From Octopus sinensis (lineage: Eukaryota), in the NCBI RefSeq assembly GCF_006345805.1, contig NC_042999.1:122884001-122948000 (forward strand): DNA of 64,000 nucleotides, read 5' to 3'. The notes under the pieces are model-generated. The model searched no databases, had not been told where the DNA came from, and saw only the letters and a program-made list of their open reading frames with translations. Positions 61,960 through 64,000 of the stretch are shown here, piece by piece. A program made the translations under genes and the position numbers. Position 1 is the first letter of the stretch, and each line of letters opens with the position of its first letter.

Positions 61960-63820
61960 CATGCTTTCGCGCCGCCCACCCATTTCCAGCTTTTTTCTGT
62001 TTACAAACGAATATAATTAAAACCATACTTAGCATGAAAATGAAACCTTTCTAAAAACACACATTACGATACACGCACACACACACACACACATGTATAT
62101 ATATACACACACATACGCATGTATACATATAAGCCACACCGATTAAATTTCCGTGGTTGGTAATTCATTCTGTATCGATACGTTCGAATGGAGATATTTA
62201 GATGTTGATGGAAATATCCATTTCGTCAATAGTTTTAAATAATAGTATACCCAACATGAATGTAGGTCTATTTATCCAGTCAAAAGATGAAACTACTACA
62301 TTTTCCTGCTCTTGTTAGTCATGACAGACGTAAGAATTTATGGCTATCCTTAGCGTGTTTTCCGTTCCCAAACGATATCTGCTGAGGAATTCTAGTTGTT
62401 GCGTTAACCCCAGTGACGGCTGTCTTCAGCTGTGACATCATTTTTACCGAAATCTGCGCCTACGAAGGCACTACCTAGTATCAGTTTTTCCATTGCCGAA
62501 AAGATTAAAAAGTCATTTTATCTACTATGATGTATATTTACAAGGATATTACTGCGGCGGGAAATGTTAAACAGCTCCGCACCATTCCATACGGACATTA
62601 CATCTACCAAGACAGAGACTAGTTACAGGTTCAAAGTAGGAGGGAAGTATGTCTTGTTCAAAACAAACTAGCCAGCTGTGTCAACGTTACAAGGTTTACT
62701 TATTTTTAGAATATAAAAGCAAATTATCTACAAGTTGTTCTATTACTGCAATGGAATATAGCAGATCGAAGACAGAGACTGACTAAAGATAGTAACAGCA
62801 AACTGGAAATTTATCATTTTCCACCACATCCATTACAGATATCTTTTATCTTTCAATTTTTCTTTCTTTCGTTTTTGTTGTTGCTGTTGTAGTAGTGCTG
62901 ATTTATCTTTTCTTTCTTAACTCTCATCTATTCCGTGTTTTGGATCCCCACATTGCTTGCATTTACGTTGAAAAAAAAAAAAAAAAAAAAAACAGGGGAA
63001 AAAAAAGAAACATGCAGAAAAGCTAGGTCGATGTGTATGTTGAGTTGAAAGATGGTGCGCGAGAGACTGGAAATTGTTTCTATTCTATTTAGTTGCTAAC
63101 AAGTGCTGCTACCGTTTTAATTCTCCGCGGCTCCGCGAGAGCCAGTCTGCCCCGACGTAGGTAGAATGCATCCCTCTCTGAGGAGAAAACGGCACAAACA
63201 GTGGTGGTGCACAGTGCCAAAACCACTAGCATCCAGTGCCAACCCAACCCGAGTAGCAGGAATAAGTCCACTTTAGCAACGATTTAATAATCACTTGCTT
63301 AAGGTTGTGATATAACTGTATCGGTTTGCTTTTTATTATTGCTTACTGCAAACTCGATCCTGAAAGGACGAGGATTTTTCATCTATAAAAAGTATGTGAA
63401 TCTTGCTTTTGCTTCTTCAGTTTATATATACATACATACATATATACACATATATATATATATTCATTGGCTGGCTATTTTATTTCATTTTCTTTCACAA
63501 TTACAAAAAGGAAAAAAAAAAAAAAGAAAAAATATTAAAAAAAAAAAAAAATTGAAAACCTGTGAAATCACTGCCGTGTTGGGTGCCCGATAAACCGGCT
63601 CTTAAGACTCGAGGATTATTATTATTATTATCATTATTATTATTATTATTTACCACAATCAACATCATCACCATCCTCTTCTCCGGTGTCACTGCCGCTG
63701 TCGTTATCAACTCTATCCGCCAACCACTATATGTATGGGTATCTACTACATTTGGTGATCATCAACTCTCCACTATATGCTGAGGGACACCTGACAATCT
63801 CTCTTTAGGTAGGTATGTAC
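61960..63820. promoter_or_regulatory. Possible promoter or 5' end of a gene (CpG-richer and transposon-free)
   Basis: CpG clusters (CGCGCCGCCC GC-box-like at ~61969; GCGCGAGA and CCGCGGCTCCGCGAG at 63057-63140), no SINEs, and plus-strand donor-like sites AC|GTAAGA (~62330) and AG|GTAGGT/GTATGT (~63809). No CDS recognised. Confidence 0.3.
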
Positions 63821-64000
63821 AAACCATGATGTTGTTATTGTTGTCGCTATCGTAGTTTATTTATTATTATCGTTGTTGTTGTTATTGCTGATACTTATAA
63901 TCATCAGTATTGTTTTGTTTTTTTTTTATTTCGTTTCCCTACATCTACCTACATTCGGTGATTTTTTTTTCCCCTGCTCTTTCTCTTCTTGATCGGTTTT

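Noticed and set aside
62330-62495. Short minus-strand ORFs (MEKLILGSAF.., MMSQLKTAV..) as a first coding exon
   Set aside because: They stop after 29-40 codons, have no convincing donor and show no recognisable homology.

Overview
AT-rich, microsatellite-saturated eukaryotic non-coding DNA (intergenic or a very large intron). The SINE and RTE repeat families look like those of a coleoid cephalopod, probably Octopus; this is recognition from memory, not a database result. No intact host protein-coding gene can be supported, and nearly all listed ORFs are translations of microsatellites or decayed transposons. The window holds a full-length dead mariner, remnants of maT/DD37D, pogo/Tigger, RTE, L2/CR1, R4/Dong-like and HERO-like elements, many tRNA-derived SINEs, a ~7-unit ~325-bp tandem expansion inside an RTE 3' UTR, and many fold-back inverted repeats. 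A possible CpG-richer promoter or 5' region lies at the right end. The main unexplained signal is about ten unrelated short repeat families that each carry a minimal type-I hammerhead-ribozyme (HHR) fold, usually with a palindromic stem III as in Penelope-like elements and retrozymes. These include a G3:C8 covariant core (two copies), a CUGUUGA core variant, a tRNA-headed SINE-like element carrying an HHR, a 379-nt tandem HHR repeat and back-to-back HHR inverted repeats. All folds were derived by eye and need computational and biochemical confirmation.
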